Of a stretch of 64,000 nucleotides of DNA, positions 46,277 to 58,299 are shown one piece after another. Both the position numbers and the translations under genes were made by a program. How positions within the stretch are numbered: position 1 is the stretch's first letter; each line of letters opens with the position of its first letter. The notes below the pieces were generated by a model, which did no database searches, had not been told where the DNA came from, and was given only the letters and a program-made list of their open reading frames with translations. The DNA comes from Podarcis vaucheri (lineage: Eukaryota): the NCBI GenBank assembly GCA_965113315.1, contig OZ220370.1; one strand, written 5' to 3'.

Positions 46277-46895
46277 TTTTTTTTTAGAGAATATTTATTG
46301 AGATTATACAAAAAATTACACATAAAGGAAAAAACAAACAAAAACTAACAAACACAAGCTAACAAGAAAGTTGACAAAAAGGCAACCTAGAAAGAAGGAA
46401 AAAAAGAACTAGGGGAAAAAAAGATATTTTAAAAAAGAATAAATCCATTTTTCAGCATCTTTGATCTCATTTGCTTATTTCCTTGACCTCCTCACACCTC
46501 CCCTTTTGTATTCCCGTTTTCCAAGTCTTTTCAGCAAATCCTTACCCTCTTTCATTTAACTTTGCTCTATACTTAACCTATTATAACTATACATTTTCAT
46601 CCACATAACTATCTATATTTACCTATTCTTATTAACCTTATTACCAAAACCACTTCTTTTCAGTCCAACATCATTTTAACATTCATTAATTTTACAGTAT
46701 TTCTGCAGATAGTCTTTAAATTTCTTCCAATCTTCCTCCACCATTTCTTCTCCCTGGTCTCGGATTTTGCCTGTCATTTCTGCCAATTCCATGTAGTCCA
46801 TCACCTTCATCTGCCATTCTTCCAGAGTGAGTAAATCTTGTGTCTTCCAGTACTTTGCAATAAGTATTATTGCTGCTGTTGTAGCATACATAAAG
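46277..46895 (-). mobile_element. 5'-truncated L1 LINE
   Basis: 18-bp TSD ATATTTATAGCACATCTA (46259-46276 and 46896-46913), poly(T) at 46277-46285, and ORF2 C-terminus MYATTAAIILIAKYWK...EEDWKKFKDY. Confidence 0.9.
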
Positions 46896-48488
46896 ATATT
46901 TATAGCACATCTAAAGCTTTATGAGAGATAAACTGCAGTTCCTATTATTATTTGGAGGAAGCCTTGTGCTTTAAATGTATGGTTAGGATGTGTTCAGAGT
47001 TTTAGTTGAGGTTTTGAGTTAAGATTGCAAGTACTGATTCAAATAATTAAACAGGGTGATTTGTTTGTGTGTGTTTAAATTGCTTGTCTCTATTACTAAT
47101 CATATGTTTTATCCCCCAAATCTGATATGGTATATGCAGAAGAGGAGTAACAGAAAGCAAGACAACAGTGTGTTGTATCTAACACGTTCAGTGATCTTAA
47201 TCACATCTTAGAACAAGAGCTTAATGTGTAAATGTGGAATATTTTAAAGATATGGAACAGGTTGTTGGCTGAATAGCTTTCATGTTTAAACAAATGCTGA
47301 AAATATATGAATTCTAATAGAGCAAATGCAGGAATCATACAGGGAAAATATACCACCTGATATTGATCTCTGTTTGACAACTTTTCTGGAACTTTGTTGA
47401 AACATATTTAATTAATTAATCTGTCTCACAGTTGGTCTTTCTTGCTCTAGCAGTATATTTCTTCACTCAAAACCCAACCCCTCACACCATTCAGCGCATA
47501 GCATGCTATTTGTAAACAGCTGCAGGTCACAGTTGCAACCTGTAAGTTCACTCATGTTCCCAAAAGCCATGTAAAGACGATATAGAGTCTCAAATTTTGC
47601 GCTTCTTACACCTTAGCCTGTGTGTACCAATACTTAGCATTTGTCTTTCAGCTCCAATACTCTCCTTCAGCAGGTGTGGGGCGGTACTAAAGCTGACAAC
47701 AATATGGGGGGGGCACTCAGGTGCTGCTACTCACTTGACTTCCTGGCACTTTATTTGTATGCTTTTATTTCGGTTTGGGAGAATGGTGATCAAGGCTGAC
47801 AGATGATGCAGGATGTGGAGAAGGAGTTGAGACTGAGGCAGGCAGGAAGTGGGGCAGCCAGGTGCTTAGGGGCCTTTTCGGGGGAAGAAGTCTACTGTCA
47901 TAGGGTTAGGTATAGGCGCTGGGAGCTGCAAATATTAGGGGCAGCATTACAAAATGTTAGATGCTTTATTCAGCTCCGAAGTCTGCAGGGCAACTGAAAG
48001 TGCAGATACATATTTATGGAAAGTGAGTATTGCAGAGTTATACAGTACATCAGCCCAAGAATAAGGAAAGAGGACTCAAGATTTTAGGGTTAAATAAGGG
48101 CTGGAGCTGTATTATTTTGTAAGACTGCAGTGAGATACATTCTTTTTCATGGTAGTTGCCCAGGGCAGGTATTTTTTTTTAACACCACTTGGGTGAGATG
48201 GTGGAGACACTAGTCAAGGAGACCCCATCCTGCTCCTCCCTGCCCACAGAGCCAAAGACTTGCCAAGGCAGACCAGATCAGAGTCACCTTCTCTGAGCTC
48301 AACTAGTTTTGTGTAACTGAGCAGAGGATTCTGACTTTTCAAGCCCAAGACCCCTGAAAGGCTTGTCAGAAGAAGGCCCCTTTACTCATCTAAATAACCC
48401 AAATGGTGACTTAGGGTGTTCACCAAGTTACATCTCTTTACTTCCTCTCCCATCATTATTAGCAAGCCACTCCCTTTTTAGTTAGATA

Positions 48489-48835
48489 AAGGTAAAGGGA
48501 CCCCTGACCATTACGTCCAGTCGCGGACGACTCTGGGGTTGGGGTGCTCATCTCGCTTTATTGGCCGAGGGAGCTGGCATACAACTTCCAGGTCATGTGG
48601 CCAGCATGACTAAGCCACTTCTGGCGAACCAGAGCAGCGCATGGAAACACCGTTTACCTTCCTGCCAGAGCGGTACCTATTTATCTACTTGCACTTTGAC
48701 GTGCTTTCGAACTGCTAGGTTGGCAGGAGCAGGGACCGAGCAACGGGAGCTCACCCTGTTGTGGGGATTCGAACTGCCGACCTTCTGATCAGCAAGCCCT
48801 AGGCTCTGTGGTTTAACCCACAGCGCCACCCATGT
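48489..48835 (-). mobile_element. Sauria SINE-type element
   Basis: (ACCTTT)n tail on the minus strand, tRNA-like 5' end GGTGGCGCTGTGGGTTAAACC, and 16-bp TSD CCTTTTTAGTTAGATA (48473-48488 and 48836-48851). Confidence 0.85.
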
Positions 48836-48960
48836 CCTTTTTAGTTAGATAGCCAAATGTAATTAACACCAGTCCCATTCATCAAGGCAGGCCGCCTTCC
48901 ACCATTGCAATTCAGACTAGGTGTGGTGGGAAATAAAAAGCCTTTTCTCCAGAGCCAATT

Positions 48961-48961
<1 letters not shown>

Positions 48962-48995
<34 letters not shown>
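48962..48995. repeat. (GT)n microsatellite
   Basis: Uninterrupted GT run of about 17 units. Confidence 0.95.
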
Positions 48996-48997
<2 letters not shown>

Positions 48998-49576
48998 TAC
49001 CTGGCCAAAGTGGTGGTGGGCTTACTAGCGGAGACCAAGTGAGAGCTCCAGCTGCTCTATTTCTCCTTGTCATTGCATCATCAGCAACAGGCACTTCTAG
49101 AACTCAACCAGAGATTCATAGCAAAGCAGCATGGCTTGAGCGAGAAGGTTAAAGGCCATCTTAAATGAAGTAATGAGAGACCCTTGCCAGGGTCACTTCC
49201 ACAAGGGGATGCTGGAGACATTTTACTAATGGAATTTCAGTTCCTGAATCTCTGTGAATGGAACTGTGAACTTTCTGATGATAGGTCTAGATGAGGGCTG
49301 GACATCTTCGTGGTTTCCCCTGGGCATCCTAAACATTATCAGATGAAGAAGGACCTTAAAGATCAGTGTTCATCTTTCATTTCTTTTTCCTTGGCCTCCC
49401 TGCATACCTTTTTGCCATGAGGAAATAGTCATGCCCATGTTGTTCCCTTCATATTCTAAACAGCTCACTGAGTTTTATGGTGAAGAAATGTGTTTGTGTG
49501 TATGTATGAGTATAATTATTTACCGTTTATAAAATGTAAACGTAACAGGCATTAAATATCAAATGATATTCTATGC

Positions 49577-49960
49577 TAGGGGTTTCCAAACTGTTGCCTG
49601 TAGACCACCAGTGGTCTGCAAGCTTTATTCAGGCCATCCGTGGAGAGCAGCACCTGTGAATGGTGGGTTTAGCGCATTAGCTTCCCATTGTACTTTTATT
49701 GCTTATTTTACTTCTTGTGTTGAATTTTGCTTTACAGTATTTTGTATTTGGTCTATGGAATTCAGATGGTAATATAATAAAACACAATATAGGAAATAAA
49801 AAAGCAATAAAAATACAACACTATATACAAATACAATCTAGCAACAGCTCATTACAGTTGCTACAACAGTCTAAAAAATCATTAGGTGGTCCACCAAGAC
49901 ACTCAGCTATTTGGCAGTGATCAGTCTTGGTGCAGGGGGCAGAAAGAGTTTGAGAAGAAC
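49577..49960. mobile_element. Degenerate hAT-like MITE
   Basis: Starts with TAGGGGTTTCCAAACT and ends near AGTTTGAGAAG, giving decayed inverted termini. No clear TSD. Confidence 0.35.
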
Positions 49961-50018
49961 CGTTCTGTGCTTATCAACAATGTCTGAGTGCTCTTACAGC
50001 TGCTGCATTTAACTTCTA

Positions 50019-50040
50019 ACACAAGGTGGTGCAATTGCAC
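50019..50040 (+). promoter_or_regulatory. CSE/CTCF-like promoter motif, gene B5
   Basis: ACACAAGGTGGTGCAATTGCAC, ~279 bp upstream of ATG 50298. Confidence 0.7.
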
Positions 50041-50297
50041 AGGCAGCAGAAATCAGAACTGCTGCGCGGTGCCAGAAAGCTGTGACCATTAGAAAAAAGG
50101 AATCTGAAAAAAGGGTAGCAGCTCTTGATTGCAACAAAATCTGCAGAATCTGTAGGAGGCAAGCACTGTTGCATCTACTTCATGAAACAAGGACAACAAA
50201 GGGACCTTATAACAGAGAAAAGGGCAATTCTGGCAACTGCTTTACAAAGAGGCACCTTGGATTCCAATCTGCCTTGAGAACAAAGCTGGGAAAGAAA

Positions 50298-52745
50298 ATG
50301 AAAATCCTCCATTATAGCAGGCAAGTTTGTCTCTTCTTTATCTGTCTCTGTACCTGTGGTGTGGTGTGTGAGTCCTTCCGCTATTCAGTGCCCGAGGAAA
50401 AGAAAAGTGGGTCTCTGGTGGCTAATCTGCTGAAAGATTTGAAAATGGAAGTAAAGGAGCTGTCTGCTCGGAGAGCACAGCTGCTTTCTAAGACTGCCAA
50501 GCAGTATTTTGAGCTGGATCCCCAATCTGGGGATGTGATAATAAAAGATAAAACAGACCGAGAGTCCCTGTGTGGTCAGAATGACCCTTGTGTTCTGCTT
50601 TGTGAAATGGTGCTGGAAAAGCCATGGCAGCTGCACAGAATTGAGATTGAAATAGAGGATGTGAATGATAATTCCCCCATATTCTCTGAAAAACAATTTG
50701 TCTTGGAAATACCTGAGCAGACACCCACAAATACCCGATTCCTTTTGGAAAAAGCTGAAGATTCAGACAGAGGTGAAAATACTATTCAGAACTATACTCT
50801 TAGTCCAAATGAACATTTTAGGCTGGAGGTGGAAAGTCACACTGATGGTGGCAAATATGCAGAACTGGTGTTAGAAAAGCCTTTGGACCGTGAGGAGAAG
50901 CCACAGATTACATTAATGCTATCAGCTGTTGATGGAGGGATCCCAAGAAGGAGCGGAAGTACACAAATTATTGTTCAAGTTCTGGACACCAATGACAATG
51001 CCCCTCACTTTAATAAATCTGTATATAATGTGCAACTACTGGAAAACATTCCACCAGGTACTCTGGTCACCAAAGTTGAAGCCACTGACAGGGATCTTGG
51101 TTCCTACGCACATATCACTTATTCATTCAGGCAAGTCTCAGAAAATGTGTTGAGAAAGTTCAAGTTAAACAAACACTCCGGGGAACTTACTACTGCAGCA
51201 ACAATTGATTATGAAGAAAACACAAATTACCAGATGAACATCAGAGCTACAGATGGAGGAGGCCTTTCTGCTTACTGCAAAGTCATTGTAGAGATTGAGG
51301 ATGAGAACGACAATGCTCCAGAGATTACCATCACTTCCATCACCAGTCCCTTACCTGAAGACTCTCCCCCAGACACAGTGGTGGCCCTCTTCAGTGTCAC
51401 CGACGTGGACTCTGGAGACAGTGGCAGAACTGCCTGCACCACTGAAGTCAACCTGCCATTTGTGCTCAAACCCACGGAGAACAACTATTACCAGCTGGTG
51501 ACCCAACAACCGCTGGACAGAGAACAAGCCTCTGAGTATAACATCACCATCACAGCCACAGACAGGGGCTCTCCCAGACTCACTTCCACAAGAATACTTC
51601 ATGTTGAAGTGTCAGATGTCAATGACAACCCTCCAGTCTTTGAAAAGCCATTCTATGAAATGCAGTTAAGAGAAAACAATATTCCTGGTCTTCTGATCAA
51701 TTCGGTCCATGCTGTTGATCTGGACACAGCGCAGAATGCCAAAGTGACCTACTCGCTTTTGCCTGGGAAGGTCAATGATGGCCCCACATCCTCTTACATC
51801 TCCATCAATTCTGAAACGGGGAACCTGTATGCCATCCGGTCTCTGGATTATGAGGAAGTACAAGATTTCCAGGTGACGGTGAGGGCTGTGGATTCAGGTT
51901 CCCCTCCACTGAGCTCAGAAGTTCCCATCCGCGTTCAGGTCGTGGATGAAAATGACAATGCCCCCTTCATCCTCTACCCTCTCCAGAATGGCACTTCCCC
52001 CTCGAATGACCTGGTTCCCCGAGGGGCAGAGACTGGCTACCTGGTCACCAAGGTGGTGGCTGTGGACAGGGATTCTGCGCAGAACTCTTGGCTTTCCTAC
52101 CAGCTGCTGAAGGCCACAGAGCCGGGTCTGTTCACGGTGGGGGCCCAGAATGGAGAAGTGACCACCCTGAGGCCGGTCAGCAACCGAGACAGCTTCAAGC
52201 AGAATCTGATTGTGGTGGTCCGAGACAACGGCCATCCTCCCCAGTCCACCTCTGCCACGCTCAGAATCCTCCTAGTGGACGGCTTCTCTGACCCTTATCT
52301 GAAAAGTGTGGCTCTCCCAAAGGAGGAAACAGTGGAGGAGGAAGACCCCAGCCTGACGATGTATTTGATCATCTGCTTGGCTGCCATCTCAAGCATCTTT
52401 CTCATTTCTGTAGTGGCCTTTGTTGTAATCAAGTTGCAGAAACGTGAAAAGTTCACAGGAACCTACAACTCTGGAGCCAATTTCCCGGTGGGACCTGATT
52501 CCCAGGAGATCTCTGCGGATTCTGGCGCTGGATCTCTATCCCAGGCTTACAACTATGAGGTGTGCTTAGCTGGTGGGTCTCTGAACAGCGAGTTCAGGTT
52601 TCTCAGGCCCCTGTTTCCTGTTTTCTCTGTGGAGCCTCCTAACACTCAGCTGAATCCAAGGAGTTCCAGTGGGTCCCAAGAAGTCCCTTGTAATGAAGAA
52701 GAAACGCATCTGAGATGTCAGGTGAGGATAATTAGTATAATATGA
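50298..52745 (+). CDS. PCDHB: Clustered protocadherin beta-like, subfamily B (B5, divergent N-terminal half)
   Basis: ATG 50298 aligns with paralogs (the ORF-track start at 50082 is GTG). Donor CAG|GTGAGG after 52721; AATAAA ~15 nt after the stop. Confidence 0.95.
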   Translation: MKILHYSRQVCLFFICLCTCGVVCESFRYSVPEEKKSGSLVANLLKDLKMEVKELSARRAQLLSKTAKQYFELDPQSGDVIIKDKTDRESLCGQNDPCVLLCEMVLEKPWQLHRIEIEIEDVNDNSPIFSEKQFVLEIPEQTPTNTRFLLEKAEDSDRGENTIQNYTLSPNEHFRLEVESHTDGGKYAELVLEKPLDREEKPQITLMLSAVDGGIPRRSGSTQIIVQVLDTNDNAPHFNKSVYNVQLLENIPPGTLVTKVEATDRDLGSYAHITYSFRQVSENVLRKFKLNKHSGELTTAATIDYEENTNYQMNIRATDGGGLSAYCKVIVEIEDENDNAPEITITSITSPLPEDSPPDTVVALFSVTDVDSGDSGRTACTTEVNLPFVLKPTENNYYQLVTQQPLDREQASEYNITITATDRGSPRLTSTRILHVEVSDVNDNPPVFEKPFYEMQLRENNIPGLLINSVHAVDLDTAQNAKVTYSLLPGKVNDGPTSSYISINSETGNLYAIRSLDYEEVQDFQVTVRAVDSGSPPLSSEVPIRVQVVDENDNAPFILYPLQNGTSPSNDLVPRGAETGYLVTKVVAVDRDSAQNSWLSYQLLKATEPGLFTVGAQNGEVTTLRPVSNRDSFKQNLIVVVRDNGHPPQSTSATLRILLVDGFSDPYLKSVALPKEETVEEEDPSLTMYLIICLAAISSIFLISVVAFVVIKLQKREKFTGTYNSGANFPVGPDSQEISADSGAGSLSQAYNYEVCLAGGSLNSEFRFLRPLFPVFSVEPPNTQLNPRSSSGSQEVPCNEEETHLRCQVRIISII

Positions 52746-53024
52746 TTTTATTCTGAATGAATAAAAATAATTATATTCAATCAATGATACTTGGTTGATG
52801 ACTTATGCTCACTAAAAGAACAGTATACGCGGAAATGTAAGTAAGGTTTGAAATGTAATGTACGTATCAAATTATTCTTTTCCTATTTATAGGCATGATT
52901 AAGAAAATTATGATCGCATGTACACATGAGCTAACAGTTGAATGAGCATGAATCTAAACTCAATTTTCACTGGCCTGCTGTTAAATGGACTTTATAGGCT
53001 ATTAACAAATTTTTCTTAGATGAA

Positions 53025-53038
53025 CCACAAGGTGGCAA
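53025..53038 (+). promoter_or_regulatory. CSE/CTCF-like promoter motif, gene A6
   Basis: CCACAAGGTGGCAA, 269 bp upstream of ATG 53294. Confidence 0.75.
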
Positions 53039-53293
53039 TATTGGCAAGCACATTATTTTCACAATATTGCTTTGTAGCAGCACTGAGGGGAAGCTATGAA
53101 CAGAGAAAACTGAAGTAGAGAGGTGCAGACTCATTTTCTAGAAAGGAAATACAAAATTCAAGGGAGCAAGCATTGACCACGACAGGAGGAAAAAGAAACA
53201 ATTTACACAACAGCACAGGGAGCCACAGGAGAAAACTGAAAAATTGGTCTTTTGGCCGGAACCTATATATCTTACCAAGAAGGGAAAGAAACC

Positions 53294-55726
53294 ATGGAAG
53301 ACTGCATCAGGAACAGGCAAGGTCTGTATCTCTTCCTCTTATTCTCTGTGTCTAGAGTGATGTGTATCTCAATACGCTATTCTGTGCCTGAAGAAAAGAA
53401 AAGTGGATTTCTGGTGGCTAATGTGCTGAAGGATTTGAAACTGGGAACAGGGGAGCTGTCTGCTCGCAGAGCCCAGCTAGTGTCCGAAAGCACACAGCAA
53501 TATTTCCACCTTGATACCCACTCTGGGAATCTGCTGATAAATGATAAAGTAGACAGGGAAGCTTTGTGTGGTGAGACTGATCCTTGCTTGCTGCTCTCTG
53601 AAATTGTGCTCCAAAACCCCTTAAAAATCTACAGTATAGAGATAGAGATAAAAGATGTAAATGACAATACTCCCAAATTCTCAAAAAAGGAATTCAAGCT
53701 ATATATTCCAGAGAATGTCCCTATCAACACCCAATTCCCTTTGGAATCTGCACAAGATACAGATTTGGATAAAAATAACGTCCAAAACTACACTCTCAGT
53801 TCCAATGAGCATTTCTGGCTCCAAGTAAAAAGTGATGAAAGTGGAAACAAATATTTGGACCTTATTTTGGTGAAACCTCTAGATAGGGAAGAAGCATCAG
53901 AGTTTGGACTGACTCTCACAGCTGTGGATGGAGGGGAGCCACAGAGAACAGGCACAGTTCAGATAAATATCAAGGTTTTGGACATCAATGATAATTTCCC
54001 CCAGTTTACTCATTCTGAATATAAAGTAAGGTTAAAGGAAAACAGCCCTAGAGACACCCTGGTCTCCAAAGTAGAAGCCAGAGATTCAGATTTTGGTTCA
54101 AATGCACGAATAACGTACTCATTTGATCGGGTACCTGAAAAAATACACCGTTGCTTCCACTTAAATGATCTCACTGGGGAAATAACTGTTTTGGGACAAA
54201 TTGATTATGAAAAAGAAACCAGTTACAGCATGAGCATCAGAGCAACAGATGGAGGGGATCTTTCAGGTCACTGCAAGGTCCTGGTAGAGATTGAAGACGT
54301 GAATGACAATGTCCCCGAAGTATCCATCATATCCATCACTAGTCCTTTGGCAGAAGATTCTCCCCTGGAGACACTTGTGGCTCTCTTCAGTGTCACAGAC
54401 CGAGACTCCGGAGAAAACGGCAGAACTGTGTGTTCTGTGGAGGTAAACCTTCCCTTTGTTTTAAAACCCACTATGAATAACTATTACCAGCTTGTGGTCC
54501 AAAGTCCCTTGGACAGAGAGAAGGTCTCAGAGTATAATGTCACCATCACAGCCACTGACCAAGGCTCCCCCAGGCTCACTTCAACAAGAATTATTAACGT
54601 TGAGATCTCAGATGTCAATGACAACCCTCCAGTATTTGAAACGTCTTCATGTGAAATGCAGATACGGGAAAACAATATTCCAGGACTGCTCATTGGCTCA
54701 GTCCATGCTGCTGATCTGGACACTGAGAAGAATGCCAAGGTCACCTACTCCCTTTTGCCTGGGAAGGTCACTGATGGCCTTGTGGCCTCTTACATCTCAG
54801 TCAACTCTGAAAGCGGAAATCTGTATGCCCTCCGATCTCTGGATTATGAGCAGATCAAAGATTTCAAAGTGACGGTGAGGGCTACAGATGGAGGGTCTCC
54901 TCCTCTCAGCTCAGAAGTTACTGTCCGAGTCGTAATCCTAGACGAAAACGACAACGCTCCCTTCTTCCTCTACCCTCTTCAGAACAGCACATCCCCCTGC
55001 AATGAGCTGGTCCCCAAGTCGGTGGAGGCCGGCTACCTGGTCACCAAGGTGGTGGCTGTGGATGGAGATTCTGGCCAGAACTCGTGGCTTTCCTATGAGC
55101 TGCTGAAGGCCACAGACCCTGGTCTTTTCAGCATAGGAGCCCAGAATGGGGAAGTGAGAACCAGGAGAGCCCTGAGCGAGCGAGACACCAGCAAGCAGAG
55201 ACTCCTGATAGTGGTCAGGGACAACGGGCTCCCTCCCCAGAGCAGCACTGCCATGCTCCATGTCCTTCCCGTGGGTGGCTTTTCGGATCCTTATATGAAG
55301 GCTGTGGAGGTCAGTAAAGAGGAGCACGAAGAAGATGGAACCTTGACCTTGTACTTGGTGATCTGCCTGGCTGCAGTCTCCTTTGTGTTCCTCGTTTGCA
55401 TTGTTTCCTTTGCTGCCATCAAGATCTGCAGGAGGGATCCCAGGGAAAGTTTTATCGCTGCCCCTCCTCACTTCCCACCTGCCAGACCCGACATCCCAGA
55501 GAACTGTGGCGATTCTCAGAGCGGGTCTCTTTCCAGGAGTTACCACTACGATGTTTGCTTAACCGGTGGGTCCTTGAGCAGCGAGTTCAGGTTCCTCAGG
55601 CCCCTCATTCCTGTTTTTTCTGTGGGGGACCCAAACCTCAATGTGAACCAGGCCCCTCCGTCTGCTTCCCAAGATATTCCTGACCAGGCGGGGAAAACCG
55701 AATCAGGGAAAGAGGTGAGCAATTAG
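53294..55726 (+). CDS. PCDHB: Clustered protocadherin beta-like, subfamily A (A6)
   Basis: ATG 53294 (ACCATGG). Full architecture; donor GAG|GTGAGC after 55714. Confidence 0.95.
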   Translation: MEDCIRNRQGLYLFLLFSVSRVMCISIRYSVPEEKKSGFLVANVLKDLKLGTGELSARRAQLVSESTQQYFHLDTHSGNLLINDKVDREALCGETDPCLLLSEIVLQNPLKIYSIEIEIKDVNDNTPKFSKKEFKLYIPENVPINTQFPLESAQDTDLDKNNVQNYTLSSNEHFWLQVKSDESGNKYLDLILVKPLDREEASEFGLTLTAVDGGEPQRTGTVQINIKVLDINDNFPQFTHSEYKVRLKENSPRDTLVSKVEARDSDFGSNARITYSFDRVPEKIHRCFHLNDLTGEITVLGQIDYEKETSYSMSIRATDGGDLSGHCKVLVEIEDVNDNVPEVSIISITSPLAEDSPLETLVALFSVTDRDSGENGRTVCSVEVNLPFVLKPTMNNYYQLVVQSPLDREKVSEYNVTITATDQGSPRLTSTRIINVEISDVNDNPPVFETSSCEMQIRENNIPGLLIGSVHAADLDTEKNAKVTYSLLPGKVTDGLVASYISVNSESGNLYALRSLDYEQIKDFKVTVRATDGGSPPLSSEVTVRVVILDENDNAPFFLYPLQNSTSPCNELVPKSVEAGYLVTKVVAVDGDSGQNSWLSYELLKATDPGLFSIGAQNGEVRTRRALSERDTSKQRLLIVVRDNGLPPQSSTAMLHVLPVGGFSDPYMKAVEVSKEEHEEDGTLTLYLVICLAAVSFVFLVCIVSFAAIKICRRDPRESFIAAPPHFPPARPDIPENCGDSQSGSLSRSYHYDVCLTGGSLSSEFRFLRPLIPVFSVGDPNLNVNQAPPSASQDIPDQAGKTESGKEVSN

Positions 55727-56326
55727 TAATTATAGTCGAAGAAAGCATATTACATCATAAGTCACTTTTCTTATCTGTATCTTCACATCATCCTATTTTG
55801 GTTAATTCTTTATGTTGCATTTTGTAAATTTTGAAATGCCACTTTTATAGCCATTTAATAATATTTGTTCTTGCCTTTCTTTTTTAGCCCACCTACTCTC
55901 TTCACTTGGAGCCATTTTAGTTCCCTTGAACCTTTCTTTGATCTTCTGTTATTTTTATTTTTCAGGGCATTGGGTGTTTTTTTTTACTTCTCTGTAGAAC
56001 AGGGGGTTGGGGACCTTCCAGTCAAGGACCACATTCTTCTCTGGCCAAGCCTCCAAGGGCGAAGTGGGTAGGACTAATATCCAAATACGTAGGACCAAGT
56101 GACCCAGAACCCAATGATTTCTCAATTTCTCTCCTGATCCCACCTTTTCTGAATGCTTACAAGCTTCTCTTAAACTTTAAAAACTCTTGCCTTGTTTACC
56201 AGGAAAGTGCAGAAACATCTCTCTCAATCCTAAAACTGTGCCAGGAATTCAGAATTATTTTTTTAAGTGTTTCAGTTCTTCCATACTGTCAATATCTGAA
56301 ATTTAATTGGTTAACCTCACTGCCTA

Positions 56327-56682
56327 AAAGGGAGGTAAAGGGCCTGCTGACCATTAGGTCCGGTCGTGGCCGACTCTGGGGTTGCGGCGCTCATCTCGTT
56401 TTATTGGCCGAGGGAGCCGGTGTACAGCTTCCAGGTCATGTGGCCAGCAGGACTAAGCCGCTTCTGGTGAACCAGAGGAGTGGACGGAAAAGCCGTTTAC
56501 CTTCCTGCCGGAGCAGTACCTATTAATCCACTTGCACTTTGACGTGCTTTCGAACTGCTAGGTTGGCAGGAGCATGGACCGAGCAATGGGAGCTCACCCC
56601 GTGGTGGGGATTCGAACTGCCGACCTTCTGATTGGCAAGCCCTAGGCTCTGTGGTTTGAACCACAGCACCACCCGCGTCCCG
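56327..56682 (-). mobile_element. Sauria SINE-type element
   Basis: Same family as 48489-48835; 15-bp TSD TAACC(T/C)CACTGCCTA (56312-56326 and 56683-56697). Confidence 0.85.
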
Positions 56683-58299
56683 TAACCCCACTGCCTACTT
56701 GATATCAAAGAACATATTTAATTTATATCTGGTTAATGAAGAAGCTGACCACATTTAATAACCTGATATGAAAAGGAAAACATTATATTTAGGTATTAAG
56801 ATATAAAGGAAGTTTCTAGATTGCACTTTTTAACCAGATTAATTTATGAATTAATGCTATGTTTCTGTAATTGATTTAAGCTTCTGCATGTTACTAGCAG
56901 TGCTTGGAAAATTCTACTTTATCCTGTCCAAAAAGGGATTAGTTCTAGTTCCAGTTTGTCCCTTTACAAAATGAATTTGTCCAGTTCAAGTCTCAATTTA
57001 GTCTCAACATGTTTTCAGCATTCATAATGTCACAAGCTGCTGTTCTTAAGTAAAAGGTTCAAAAGTACATCACACAGGTAATAAGTTGCCTGACAGACAG
57101 AATGTCAAAGGGTGAAGCTTTATCCATAATTGTATTTCCATAAAAGAAAAGGCTTGCCTTAATCAATATTTGTAAGATAGACATACTGTATACTAAAGGT
57201 GCTAGCCATAATTTGCTTTATTCCCATTGCTGTACCTCTCACTGCAGGCTGTTCCTGTTGAAAGATAGCAAAGATAGAGAGAATGCCTCCCGATTCCTTA
57301 CTTCTGATTGCTTAGCAACGTAACAAAGTGACCTTAGCAATTGCAGCACCTCCATATCTGCCTAATAAACCCTAGAACATTCCCTCAACATTTTGCTTTA
57401 TAGATGACTAAGTTACTGACTTCTTCTTTTATAAAAAAAACTAAAAACAAAGTAGCAGTCTAAGACTCAGGACTTTAAGCAGTTCTGCTCCAACTCCAGC
57501 CACCTTGTTAATGACACAATCAAGTGTGTGAAAATCTCACCCAAATCACCCATGAACACCTCGGAATTTGTGCTTCATGCACAGCCAACATACAGCTCTA
57601 GTGGTTAGTCATTCTCTCTTAATTTCTAAGTAGTTTTTTTGATGGTAGGGTTCCAGTCACATATGCCTCTAGGATGTTTGAATCTAGATAGCACATGAAG
57701 GGGTTAAACCGTAGATTAAGCTGTCCTGCCAGGCAGTCATCACTGCTCCCCTGGAGAGGAAATGGGTCAATAAACCTTAGTTGTAAGGAGGTCATTCTAC
57801 CCTCATGGTTTTAACCATCCTTTTTTGTTTCATACCAGAACAGAGGCTCAAACTAGTTTTTTTTGTCTATCAATATTTAGAAACTTTTACCTTTTATAGC
57901 TAAGCAATGTTTTAACTGATTGTGCATCTTTTCTGGCTGCTGTATGGAAAAACACATGAATCTGACCTTTGAAGAGTTTTGCTAGTAAACCATGTTATGG
58001 CTTGCAAAACATGTGGTTGATATGCTAGGGAAATGGGATACAGTGAAAAGAACTTTGAAAACTGGGCATTTGGGGACTTACTTGAAGGGCACATTTTAAG
58101 GTTTTCCTTAAATTTCCATTTTTTTTCCTCTGCTGCTTGTTGTGTGATGTTAAATCTCTGCTGAGGTTCTCTCACCAAAGAGTCCTTGCCCAAAACTGGG
58201 GTCTTGGCTTCTAGGATTCCAACATTTTTAAAGGATGTTTAGCTGTTTCTGAAAAGTTGATGTGGTACAGGCATTTTCCTGGGCAACCTCCCCCAGAAT

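Noticed and set aside
50082-50297. N-terminal extensions in the ORF track (50082, 42886, 53252, 60228)
   Set aside because: These are GTG/TTG starts. The downstream ATGs align across paralogs, precede the signal peptide and give the invariant exon length.
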